Below are positions 28,300 to 38,141 of a stretch of DNA of 64,000 nucleotides, in pieces. How positions within the stretch are numbered: position 1 is the stretch's first letter; each line of letters opens with the position of its first letter. The DNA comes from an uncultured Methanosarcinales archaeon (GTDB lineage Archaea; Nanobdellota; Nanobdellia; Woesearchaeales; CAZOXR01), in contig CAZMIO010000001.1 in the NCBI GenBank assembly GCA_964566535.1, forward strand, positions 247,751 through 311,750. The letters are read 5' to 3'. The translations under genes were made by a program, and so were the position numbers. The notes beneath the pieces were generated by a model that was not told the origin of the DNA, made no database searches, and saw only the letters and a list, made by a program, of their open reading frames with translations.

Positions 28300-30990
28300 C
28301 TATCTAACTGCATGATAATGATTTTTACTTTTTATAAACATCTTTCTTGCCTCTAAAATGAAGTATAGAGTTGAGGTGACTACTAAGACTAAAAGCCAAT
28401 CCATTCCGCCCAAAGGTACTGTTTTGAATGCTATGTTTAGTGGAGTGTATAGTACTGCAAACTGCATTAGGATTGAGACAATAACTGCGCCAATTACGAA
28501 TTTTGAGTTTGTCATGTCTATCATGAAGTTTTTTGCTCTGTATGTGAGTACATTGAATAATTGGAAGAAGATTAATGTTGTGAATGCTATTGATCTGGCC
28601 TTTAAGCTTTCAGTTCCGTAACCATAGAACATTGCCAAAGTTCCTATGCACATCACTATTCCCACTATTAGTATATTTTGGAGAACTCCTTTATCGATTA
28701 TCTTTTCGTTCTTTTTTCTTGGAGGACGATTCATTATATCTTTGTCGAATGGGTCTAGCCCTAATGCTAGGCCTGGTAGGCCATCTGTTAATAGGTTAAC
28801 CCATAGTATTTGGATTGCGATTAATGGTAGTGGCCAGCCAATTAGGATGGCTATGAATATGACTAGAATTTCACCTAAATTTGAGGAGAGTGTATATTGT
28901 ATGAATTGTTTTATGGAACTGTAGATACCTCTTCCTTCTTCAACTGCATTAACTATTGATGCGAAATTATCATCCGTTAGGACCATGTCTGAGGCTTCTT
29001 TTGCAACTTCCGTTCCTACAATGCCCATTGAGATTCCAATGTCGGCATTTTTTAGTGCTGGAGCATCATTTACTCCATCTCCAGTCATTGCAACTACATG
29101 GCCTTTCTTCTTTAATGCGTTTAGTATCTTTACTTTATGTTCTGGAGAGACTCTTGCATAAATGACTATCTTATCTACTATCTTTTCAAATTCATCATCA
29201 GTTAGTTTGTCTAGCTCTTCGCCGGTTAATGAAGCGTCTCCTCCTTTGTATAGGCCTAGCTCTTTTGCGATTGCAATTGCAGTTAATTGGTGGTCTCCAG
29301 TTATTAGTACTGTTCTTATTCCTGCTGTTTCGCATTTTTTGATTGCTAGTTTAACTTCTTCCCTTGGAGGGTCAATCATAGCTTGCAGACCTACGAAAGT
29401 TAGGTTCTTTTCAATGTCTTGCTCAGTTAGTTTGTATCCTTTTGTTAATGGTCTGTATGCAAAGCCTAGAACTCTTAATGCTCTATTTGCCATGTCTTTG
29501 TTTATTTGTAAGATAATGTCTTTTTCTTTTTCAGTTAGAGGTGAAATTTTTCCGTTTTTTAGTATTGTCTTGCATTTTTTTAGAAGTTCGTCTGGTGCCC
29601 CTTTAACATAGGCGAATTCTTCTCTTCTGACTGTATGGATTGTAGTCATGCACTTTCTTTTAGAGTCAAATGGGATTTCGTTTGTTCTTGGGTATTTTTT
29701 TTCTAGGTCTGGTCTGGTTAGGCCTGCTTTTCTTGCAGAAACTAGTAGTGCTCCTTCAGTTGGATCTCCGAAAATAGACCACTTTTCTTTTTTAATTAGT
29801 TTTGAGTCGTTGCATAATGCCCCGATGCTTAGTAATTGGCTAACTACTTTTGAGTTGACTAGTTGGCCTTCATGTTTAAACTGTCCTTCTGGAGTGTATC
29901 CCTCTCCAGATGTAGTTAGTAGTTGGTTGTTTAGGAATATTTCTCTTACTGTCATCTCATTTTTTGTGAGGGTTCCTGTCTTGTCTGAGCAGATTATATT
30001 AGTTGAGCCTAGTGTTTCTACTGCTGGTAATTGTCTTATTAGGGCGTTTTTCTTTACCATCCTTTGGACGCCCAATGCTAATGACATTGTTACAATTGCT
30101 GGGAGTCCTTCCGGGATTGCTGCTACTGCTAGTGCCACTGCTGCTAAGAACATTTCGTTAACAAATGCTATTTCAATTGAATTTGTTACGAAGTAATGTC
30201 TTCCCACTCCTATTAAGAAAACAATTGCAGATATTGCTAAAGTTACATATCCCAACCATTTTCCGAATTCTTTTAGTTTTTGCTGTAATGGTGTTAATTT
30301 TTCTTTTACTTCCTGGACCATCTCTGCGATTTTTCCAATCTGGGTGTTCATGTTTGTGGAAGTGATTACTGCACGACCGCGGCCTTTGGTTACTATTGTT
30401 CCCATGAAAGCCATGTTTTCCTGGTCATGGACAGAAGTTGTTTCTTTTAGTGTTTGAGTATGTTTTTTTGAGGGTACTGATTCTCCAGTTAATGAGGATT
30501 CATCTATTTGTAATGCAGCTACGTGCATTATTCTAGCATCTGCAGGGATTTTGTCTCCTGTTTCTAAAAGAACTATGTCTCCTGGAACTAGCTCTTTTGA
30601 GTCAACTTCTATTTCTTCTCCATCCCTTACTACTCTTGCTTTTAGAGCTGTTAGTTTTCTTAGTGCTTCGATTGCTTTTTCTGCTTTGTACTCTTGGATG
30701 AATCCAAAGATTCCGTTTATGACTACTATTATTCCAATTACTATTGCGTCTAGTCTTTCACCAATGGATAAAGAGATGATGATTGCTGCAATTAGGATTA
30801 TAACTATGAATGAAGTGAATTGTCTGAACAGAATCATGAGAGGGTGTATCTTCTTTGTCTGTTTTATTGTGTTTAATCCGTATTTTTCTAGTCTATCTTT
30901 TGCTTCATCTTTTGATAGTCCTTTATCAGAAGTGTTTAATAATTTTAGAGTGTCATTGACATCTAGAGCGTGAAAGTTTTGATTTGTCAT
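28300..30990 (-). CDS. P2A-type (Ca2+-like) cation-transporting P-type ATPase
   Basis: TGES, IPEGLP, DKTGTLT, KGAP, TGDGVNDAP, NLLTDG. Confidence 0.95.
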   Translation of the reverse strand: MTNQNFHALDVNDTLKLLNTSDKGLSKDEAKDRLEKYGLNTIKQTKKIHPLMILFRQFTSFIVIILIAAIIISLSIGERLDAIVIGIIVVINGIFGFIQEYKAEKAIEALRKLTALKARVVRDGEEIEVDSKELVPGDIVLLETGDKIPADARIMHVAALQIDESSLTGESVPSKKHTQTLKETTSVHDQENMAFMGTIVTKGRGRAVITSTNMNTQIGKIAEMVQEVKEKLTPLQQKLKEFGKWLGYVTLAISAIVFLIGVGRHYFVTNSIEIAFVNEMFLAAVALAVAAIPEGLPAIVTMSLALGVQRMVKKNALIRQLPAVETLGSTNIICSDKTGTLTKNEMTVREIFLNNQLLTTSGEGYTPEGQFKHEGQLVNSKVVSQLLSIGALCNDSKLIKKEKWSIFGDPTEGALLVSARKAGLTRPDLEKKYPRTNEIPFDSKRKCMTTIHTVRREEFAYVKGAPDELLKKCKTILKNGKISPLTEKEKDIILQINKDMANRALRVLGFAYRPLTKGYKLTEQDIEKNLTFVGLQAMIDPPREEVKLAIKKCETAGIRTVLITGDHQLTAIAIAKELGLYKGGDASLTGEELDKLTDDEFEKIVDKIVIYARVSPEHKVKILNALKKKGHVVAMTGDGVNDAPALKNADIGISMGIVGTEVAKEASDMVLTDDNFASIVNAVEEGRGIYSSIKQFIQYTLSSNLGEILVIFIAILIGWPLPLIAIQILWVNLLTDGLPGLALGLDPFDKDIMNRPPRKKNEKIIDKGVLQNILIVGIVMCIGTLAMFYGYGTESLKARSIAFTTLIFFQLFNVLTYRAKNFMIDMTNSKFVIGAVIVSILMQFAVLYTPLNIAFKTVPLGGMDWLLVLVVTSTLYFILEARKMFIKSKNHYHAVR

Positions 30991-31074
30991 TTAATCCTCT
31001 TTTTATCAATACGGTTAAATTTTTAATCCAATGGTTGAAATTTTTAATAAATAAAAAACGTGTTATATTGGCAT

Positions 31075-31128
31075 TGTCAGAAATCGAAGATTTCTGAACA
31101 TGCTCAGAAATGCCTTGCATTTCTGACA
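31075..31128. repeat. Double-hairpin palindromic mini-element, copy 2 (54-bp minimal form)
   Basis: TGTCAGAAATCGAAGATTTCTGA-ACATGC-TCAGAAATGCCTTGCATTTCTGACA. Confidence 0.85.
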
Positions 31129-31244
31129 TTCCTAGCCCTAAATAGTGAAGGGAAATTGCATATGGGAAATCTTGGATTCAAACTATATAAATATTGCCTT
31201 AAATACAAAACTTTATAAATTTCTAGGGGTTTTTTAGCTGTAAA

Positions 31245-31389
31245 CCCCATGTAGCTCAATGGCTAGAGCGTTCGGCTGTGACCAAGTAATTGGTGGCTAT
31301 AGATACGTTTTGACCATATGCGCAATGCAAGGGATGACTGGACGTCAGTCGTTACCGGAAGGTTGCTGGTTCAAATCCGGCTATGGGGA
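31245..31389 (+). tRNA. tRNA-Tyr(GTA) with two introns (35/36: 31280-31300; ~37/38: 31303-31353)
   Basis: Acceptor CCCCATG/TATGGGG with C1:G72 and A73; D arm GCTC/GAGC; T arm GCTGG-TTCAAAT-CCGGC; BHB removal of intron 1 restores CT-GTA-GA; TATA at 31212-31219. A single-intron reading would give His(GTG). Confidence 0.8.
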
Positions 31390-31393
31390 TATG

Positions 31394-31424
31394 AGGGACC
31401 ATGAGCAATCGTGGTTCCTTTTTT
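31394..31424 (+). terminator. Hairpin plus T-run after tRNA
   Basis: GGGACCATGA-GCAA-TCGTGGTTCC followed by TTTTTT. Confidence 0.6.
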
Positions 31425-31473
31425 ATTTCTTAAAACCATTAATTTTTTATTCTCCAAGTTTAGATATAATCTT

Positions 31474-32097
31474 ATGAGAATTAAAAAATTAAAACAAGGT
31501 TTTGAGAAATTGACAAAAGAGAAAGCGAGGATAATTGCTCATTCAATCGGTGATGGGGCTGTCTATATAACTAGGCATGATTATAATATCAAATATGAGG
31601 TAAGAGATGAAGAGTCGCTTAAGCAATTTAATGATGATCTTATTGAGGTGTATGGGCTTGAGCCATCATGGGAATGGAACACCTCTGGGATAACTGGTGA
31701 ACCAATTAAATTTGTTAGATTAAGGTCAAAGTTAGCTTATGAAGATTTATTGAGATATGCCACTTACTTTTCGAAAGATTGGAAAATAAATGATTTATTA
31801 ATGAATTCTAACAATGAAATCAAAAAAGAGTTTCTAAGGGCGTTGTTTGATGATGAAGGGAGTATAATTAAAGAAAGAAATAGGGGAATTATTAAATTGT
31901 ATTCTATAAACTCTGAGGGATTGGGTCAAATACAAAATATTCTATTAGAATTTGATATTTCAACCAAGCTGTATCCTGGTTATGGGTTAAAAAGAAATGT
32001 TTATGCCCTAATTGTAAGAGATTTAGAATTATTCAATAAACAAATTGGATTTGGTTTGAAAAGAAAGCAAGATAAACTAAACGAGCTTACAAGTTAA
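31474..32097 (+). CDS. Free-standing two-motif LAGLIDADG endonuclease-like protein
   Basis: IIAHSIGDGAV and FLRALFDDEGSI motifs; C-terminal FNKQIGFGLKRKQDKL as in intein/WhiA-type LAGLIDADG domains. Confidence 0.8.
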   Translation: MRIKKLKQGFEKLTKEKARIIAHSIGDGAVYITRHDYNIKYEVRDEESLKQFNDDLIEVYGLEPSWEWNTSGITGEPIKFVRLRSKLAYEDLLRYATYFSKDWKINDLLMNSNNEIKKEFLRALFDDEGSIIKERNRGIIKLYSINSEGLGQIQNILLEFDISTKLYPGYGLKRNVYALIVRDLELFNKQIGFGLKRKQDKLNELTS

Positions 32098-32144
32098 ATA
32101 GATTTTTAGAAAGGTTTTTAAATGAGGTAAATTTCCTTAGGACT

Positions 32145-32273
32145 ATGTCAAAAAGTAAACATTGGAAGGCGTATAAGACAAAGCATCCTGATAAGTATGA
32201 GATTAAGGAGATACCTTGTATTAGTACTAAGTTCCAGCATACTAAGAAGATAAAAATAAAGAAGAAAAGTTGA
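32145..32273 (+). CDS. Small basic protein, 42 aa (not in ORF track)
   Basis: MSKSKHWKAYKTKHPDKYEIKEIPCISTKFQHTKKIKIKKKS*; TATA-like TTTTAAA ~25 nt upstream; fills the intergenic gap. Confidence 0.45.
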   Translation: MSKSKHWKAYKTKHPDKYEIKEIPCISTKFQHTKKIKIKKKS

Positions 32274-32280
32274 TTTCTGA

Positions 32281-33363
32281 TTATCGAACTGTTATTCTTC
32301 CGCTTGCAATATCACCAAGGACTTGTCTTAGAGGGAATAGACGTCTATATTCAGGATTTGGATCTAAGGTCCACTCAACAGCTTCTATGGCGTTAGGGTG
32401 TATTCCATCTTCCACCATATTATCAAGAAGATTTAGGATGTCTTCTTTTAGAAGGTCTTTTCTTAAAACGGCCGAATCTATTTGCCTTACGCCTCCGACC
32501 TCTGTCATGAAATCTTCCCTTGGCCTTCCTCTAAGTAATATGTGATTTAGGTCTTTTCTGCCATCTCTACCCGTGAATAAAGTATAAGCCATAAGTCCCG
32601 CCTGGAACCAGTCTGTTTCAGACATAAGAGGGTCTCCTCTTGCTAGCTCAGGAGTTACCATACCTCTTGTCATGCCATGTGGTTCTGGATAAACCCATCT
32701 TCCTAATCGGTTTTTTTGAGAGGTTCCTTTTAATTTTAAGTATTTATCATCATCAAATGGCCTGTATGTTTCTGGAATTTGAGCAAGTTCAAAATCGACA
32801 ACAGATGCGCCATAAACCTTTCTTCTTCTTATTCTTCCAACCAGACTGCTATTCTTTATGTCTCCATGTAGTGCTTGCATGCCTCTCATGTCCTCAAGAA
32901 AAGTCGCTAAATCTCTCAGATATAATGCTCTACCTGTCATGGCAGGAAGCTTTGCAGTACCTTTTAGTCTGCCATCTAGGGGTTTACCTTGAACTCTACC
33001 CATTGAAATACAAGAGTATGCATCATCTCCGTGAGTTAACAAACAGTGTTCGTGATATTCAGGTATGTTTCGTACCCCATTATCATTGAGTATGTCTAAA
33101 ACTCTTGCTTCGTTTAATGCAAGATATGCTAACCCTGAGCGAACAGGTACTCCGTCTAGAGAATCTAATGATTTGACTTCAGTATAATCGTCTTCTTGGG
33201 GAGCTTCTCCATTGCCTTTATGGAAAGCCACTTGTGTTGCCTTGATAACTCTCTCTTTATGATCTGGGTCAAGGTAAATATTTCCGTGCGCTCCACTGCC
33301 TAGCCTCCCTTCTCTCGTAGCTATACAATAAGCTGCTCTTTCTGCTAAAGTTCTATCTGTCAT
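32281..33363 (-). CDS. Hanks-type Ser/Thr protein kinase-like protein
   Basis: LGSGAHGNIY, VIK, HGDIK, VVDFELA, TPE, TDWFQAG, PEYR. Confidence 0.75.
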   Translation of the reverse strand: MTDRTLAERAAYCIATREGRLGSGAHGNIYLDPDHKERVIKATQVAFHKGNGEAPQEDDYTEVKSLDSLDGVPVRSGLAYLALNEARVLDILNDNGVRNIPEYHEHCLLTHGDDAYSCISMGRVQGKPLDGRLKGTAKLPAMTGRALYLRDLATFLEDMRGMQALHGDIKNSSLVGRIRRRKVYGASVVDFELAQIPETYRPFDDDKYLKLKGTSQKNRLGRWVYPEPHGMTRGMVTPELARGDPLMSETDWFQAGLMAYTLFTGRDGRKDLNHILLRGRPREDFMTEVGGVRQIDSAVLRKDLLKEDILNLLDNMVEDGIHPNAIEAVEWTLDPNPEYRRLFPLRQVLGDIASGRITVR

Positions 33364-33443
33364 GGAGTATTTTATGCTATTTACCCCTATATAAAGCTTT
33401 CTATCTTTATTACTTAGAAGTGGTTAAAAATAAAGAAAAAGAG

Positions 33444-33854
33444 TTAATTTAACTTTCTAATCATCTTAACTACAGTTTCAGTTGATCTTTTAGCGTAGCC
33501 TTCTACTCTCCTTACACCATCTGCTCTGGTCATCTTTGGTCCTGAGACTCCTAATGAGACTGGCTTTCCTGATGCTACTGAGATGTCAACTATCTTTCTT
33601 GCTGTGTTTTGGGCAACAATTGTGTCATGGTCTGTATCTCCTTCAATAACAGCCCCTAATGTAACTACACCGTCTATTTCTTGTTTGTCAATAAGTTTCT
33701 TTGTAGCTAGCGGTATGTCAAATGCTCCTGGAACTACTAACACTTCTTTTACTTCTGCTCCAAGGAATTTTGCATGTTCTTGTGCTATTTTACTCATCAA
33801 GTGAGTTAAGTCTGCGTTGTAGTCTGAAACTACAAAACCTAGTTTTTCGTTCAT
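33444..33854 (-). CDS. ribH: 6,7-dimethyl-8-ribityllumazine synthase
   Basis: VPGAFDIP, LGAVIEGDTDHD, KPVSLGV. Confidence 0.93.
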   Translation of the reverse strand: MNEKLGFVVSDYNADLTHLMSKIAQEHAKFLGAEVKEVLVVPGAFDIPLATKKLIDKQEIDGVVTLGAVIEGDTDHDTIVAQNTARKIVDISVASGKPVSLGVSGPKMTRADGVRRVEGYAKRSTETVVKMIRKLN

Positions 33855-33874
33855 TTTACCATCCCCCGATTAAA

Positions 33875-34979
<1,105 letters not shown>

Positions 34980-35096
34980 ATTATGTTAATAATGAGTAGT
35001 TACTTATAAATCTTTTGCTTATCAAATATGGGTAACAGTTATAGTAAGTTTTTATTTATTTCAGTTAATTATTTATAGCTAAAAGTAAATTAACTT

Positions 35097-35417
35097 ATGA
35101 TGTTCAAGGTTATTGGAACTGACACTTATTTGGAAGAGATTGGTAATTGGCCTAAATCTGATAGGGTGATTGTTGAGAAATTTCCAAAGCAACTTGCAAT
35201 AAGTCCCCATAGTGGGAGTCCATTAGGATATCCATTTTTACGTGAGAAGAGAATAAGGGAAAAGAGAGTATATTATCTGATATATGATGATCTAAAATTA
35301 ATACTTTTAGTGGCTACAAGCAGTAAGAAGAATCAGCAAGATACAATAGATCATATAAAAGAACAATTAGATGAATTTAGAAGTGTAGCTGAAGATATTG
35401 CTAAGCAAGCCTTTTAA
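35097..35417 (+). CDS. RelE/ParE-like toxin
   Basis: Short protein with P..G.PLGYPFLREKRI..KRVYYLIYDD..LILLV..S.K..Q pattern of the RelE fold. Confidence 0.7.
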   Translation: MMFKVIGTDTYLEEIGNWPKSDRVIVEKFPKQLAISPHSGSPLGYPFLREKRIREKRVYYLIYDDLKLILLVATSSKKNQQDTIDHIKEQLDEFRSVAEDIAKQAF

Positions 35418-35535
35418 AACGACCTTGTCTAAGGTCTGTTAAGCTACTAGAAAACTGCCTAATAAGATCAAAGTCAAGTTTTTCTAATTTCTTGAGTTTT
35501 TCGTATTCTCCTTTTGGTATAGTGACTGTTTCCAT
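35401..35535 (-). CDS. Putative antitoxin, 44 aa (not in ORF track)
   Basis: METVTIPKGEYEKLKKLEKLDFDLIRQFSSSLTDLRQGRFKRLA*; resembles short archaeal RelB-like antitoxins; TATA (TTATATA) ~25 nt upstream. Confidence 0.65.
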   Translation of the reverse strand: METVTIPKGEYEKLKKLEKLDFDLIRQFSSSLTDLRQGRFKRLA

Positions 35536-35717
35536 TATACTATGTAGTGAGAGTAATACATATATAAGTTTTGCGGTATAAGTTTGGTTGATGGTCTTTG
35601 TGTAATAAAAATATACTTTATTAAATTTTGAGTTGGTACTGGTAACTAATAATAAAATATTAAAAGTGAATTGAATTTCTTAGTTAGATAGATATTCCAA
35701 AGTTAGGTGACGCAGTT

Positions 35718-36428
35718 ATGCAGACAGCGAATGCGTTGACGTTAGAGGAGACAAGTGGAGTAAGTAGTTTTAAGTTTGGTCAGGATATTCTCCGGTATGG
35801 TATTGGTGCAGTTGCTCACTTTGTTTTTATGAAGCTTGCTGAAGAGCAAATTGTTAAAGGAGGGATGTCCGTTGATTCATTTTTAGGAAAATATGAAGTT
35901 ACAGATGAGTTTTGGTTTGAAGGAGAATACGGATTTCCATTGGCGAGATTAGAAGATGAAGGGTTATTTATACCTTGGCAAGTGTATGCTCCACTTGAGA
36001 GGAAGAGTGATCTTGAGATAGGCTTATTTGAAGGAGACTATATGAATTGTTTTTTTTATGCAAAGGGAGACTCAATCGAATTCATTGCCCGTGGACTAAT
36101 TGGTAGAAACCATGATCTTCCAGAACTATTATCAAGCCCCGTTTATCTAAAGTATGGTGTTCAATTTGCACTCTACTTATGGGGGGTTTCTGTTAGTAAT
36201 TTTAGAACAATTTCACCAGGAGAAGAGGAAACCAAGTCCTTACCACTGCATGTTACAAGAATCGGAGAGGATTTAATTTCTTATTACGAGTCTATATTTA
36301 GGGTGAATGGTATCTCAGGAGACGAGATTGGTGGATTTGTTACACGTGCTGCCGGAAATATGGATAGACATGTTAAAGAACATGAAGAACTTGGTAAATA
36401 TCGCGATATGGATAAAGTGATACCATAA
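35718..36428 (+). CDS. Hypothetical protein
   Basis: 236-aa ORF, AGGTGA SD upstream; no recognised motif. Confidence 0.6.
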   Translation: MQTANALTLEETSGVSSFKFGQDILRYGIGAVAHFVFMKLAEEQIVKGGMSVDSFLGKYEVTDEFWFEGEYGFPLARLEDEGLFIPWQVYAPLERKSDLEIGLFEGDYMNCFFYAKGDSIEFIARGLIGRNHDLPELLSSPVYLKYGVQFALYLWGVSVSNFRTISPGEEETKSLPLHVTRIGEDLISYYESIFRVNGISGDEIGGFVTRAAGNMDRHVKEHEELGKYRDMDKVIP

Positions 36429-36480
36429 AAATTAGAATCTTAGAAAACTATATAAAACAGTAATTAAATAATAATTCTAA

Positions 36481-37665
36481 ATGGGGGAAAGACAATTACT
36501 TATTGCAGGTATAGATCCAGGGACTACTGCTGGTTATGCTATTATTGATTTAGAGGGGAATGTTGTTTCTGTTGATTCTTCTAAGGAGCTTGACATTAAT
36601 TCTTTAATTACTAAGTTGATTCCTTTTGGGAGGGTTGTGATTATTGGTACTGATAAGAAGAAGAATCCTGGGTTTATTGAGAAGTTAGGGATTAAACTGG
36701 GTGCTAAGGTTATTTCTCCTGATTACGACCTTAAGGTTGTTGAGAAGAGAGAAGTTGTTAGGAAGTTTAAGACGAAGAATCAACACGAAGAGGATGCTTT
36801 GGCAAGTGCTTTTTTTGCTTTGCGGAAGATGAGGCCTTTGTTGAACAAGGTGAATGTATATGTTGAGCACTATGGAAGGGAGAGTATTAAGGAACAGTTG
36901 TTGGAAATGGTTTTGAGTAAGGGTTTGAACATTAGGGATTCACTTGAGATGATTGATGAGTCTAGAAAGGGAAGGGATATTATTAGGGAAGTTATTGTTG
37001 AGAAGAGGGTTAAGGAGAAGGACTATATTGAACTTGAGAATAGTTTAAGGAGAGCTGTACGTGATAATGAAATGCTTAAGATGCAGAACTCTAAGTTGAG
37101 GAAGGAACTTTTGGATACTAAGGAAGGTTTTGAGTATATGTTTAAGAGAATGAATAAATCTAGTGTTGACAAAAAGATGAAGGAGCTTCTAGGGTTTAGG
37201 GATAGGAGGATAAAGGTATTTGATTCTAAGCTAAAGGGGAAGGATAAGGATATTGGTTCTTTGCAGGATGAAATAACTACTTTGATTTACTTTTTATCTA
37301 ATATTGGAGATAAGGTTTTGGTCAAGAAACTGGATAATTTAGGATTTAATGAGTTGAATGAGAAGAAAGACATGTTAAACATAATGGACGGAGATGTTTT
37401 ACTGGTTGAGGACCCTGATGTGATTAGTGAGAAAGCTATTGAAATCTTGAAGGAGAATGTTAAGGTTATTGTTTACAAGAAACCGGTCAGTAAGAAGGTT
37501 GAGAGTAGGTTGCCTTTTGTGTTTGTTGATTCTAAGAAGCTAAATATTGAAGAGAATGGTTATTTTGCTTTAGTTGATAAGAAAGAGTTTGATTTGGAGA
37601 AGAATAAGGTTAATATGTTGAGTAAGGTTATACAGGATTATAAGAACGAGAGGTTATTTAATTAG
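36481..37665 (+). CDS. DUF460 domain protein (RNase H-like fold plus coiled coil)
   Basis: IAGIDPGTTAGYAIIDLEG, GTD, P.YDL.V.EK, NQHEEDALASA. Confidence 0.82.
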   Translation: MGERQLLIAGIDPGTTAGYAIIDLEGNVVSVDSSKELDINSLITKLIPFGRVVIIGTDKKKNPGFIEKLGIKLGAKVISPDYDLKVVEKREVVRKFKTKNQHEEDALASAFFALRKMRPLLNKVNVYVEHYGRESIKEQLLEMVLSKGLNIRDSLEMIDESRKGRDIIREVIVEKRVKEKDYIELENSLRRAVRDNEMLKMQNSKLRKELLDTKEGFEYMFKRMNKSSVDKKMKELLGFRDRRIKVFDSKLKGKDKDIGSLQDEITTLIYFLSNIGDKVLVKKLDNLGFNELNEKKDMLNIMDGDVLLVEDPDVISEKAIEILKENVKVIVYKKPVSKKVESRLPFVFVDSKKLNIEENGYFALVDKKEFDLEKNKVNMLSKVIQDYKNERLFN

Positions 37666-38088
37666 CTCTTTATAATCAACTGTCACTTTCTTTCCAGTTT
37701 TTAATTCTTTCCCAAAGACTTTCTTTTTAACTGAGGTTATCTTTATTCTTTCATCCCTTACTGTTACTATGTCCCCTATTTTGAGGCCATGTAATCTGAA
37801 CATGACGTTTAACCTGTAGACATTTTTTGATGTTTGTCTGTTTTTGGTGAATAACTGAGGGCTTTCTTTTAGTTCTCCTCTGAACTTTCTTTTTAGTTTG
37901 TTTCCTAAACTTCTGAGGAATTTGTTTGAAGATAAGTATAAGTCGACTCCATTTGTTGTTTTTACAGTTCTTGCGATGAAAACTTTTTTGGATTCCTTTA
38001 CTGTTTTCTCTACGTAATTGATGATCTTTTCATCAGGGTTTCGTAATTGCAAAGTGCCTTCAAAATAATCGTTATTTTTGCCTTCCAT
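37654..38088 (-). CDS. NMD3-like protein (C-terminal domains only)
   Basis: YFEGTLQLR, NGVDLYLSS, LFTKNRQTSKNVYRLNVMFRL; no N-terminal Zn-binding CxxC. Confidence 0.7.
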   Translation of the reverse strand: MEGKNNDYFEGTLQLRNPDEKIINYVEKTVKESKKVFIARTVKTTNGVDLYLSSNKFLRSLGNKLKRKFRGELKESPQLFTKNRQTSKNVYRLNVMFRLHGLKIGDIVTVRDERIKITSVKKKVFGKELKTGKKVTVDYKELIK

Positions 38089-38141
38089 AGCATTAGTTAA
38101 AACCGATAAGTTTTTATTACTTTCGTCAAAAATAGAGAGTT

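Noticed and set aside
28358..30973. Several antisense ORFs over the P-type ATPase (and similar ones over other genes)
   Set aside because: Shadow frames of well-supported genes, with no motifs
31245..31389. tRNA-His(GTG) or tRNA-Asn(GTT) call, or a group I intron
   Set aside because: Lacks G-1/C73 (His) and G73 (Asn); the BHB-defined 35/36 intron restores GTA; the insert is far too short for a group I intron
31259..31477. 72-aa ORF in the track
   Set aside because: Overlaps the tRNA gene and its terminator; spurious
35015..35035. Imperfect palindrome upstream of ribK as an RbkR operator
   Set aside because: Too degenerate to support without a position weight matrix
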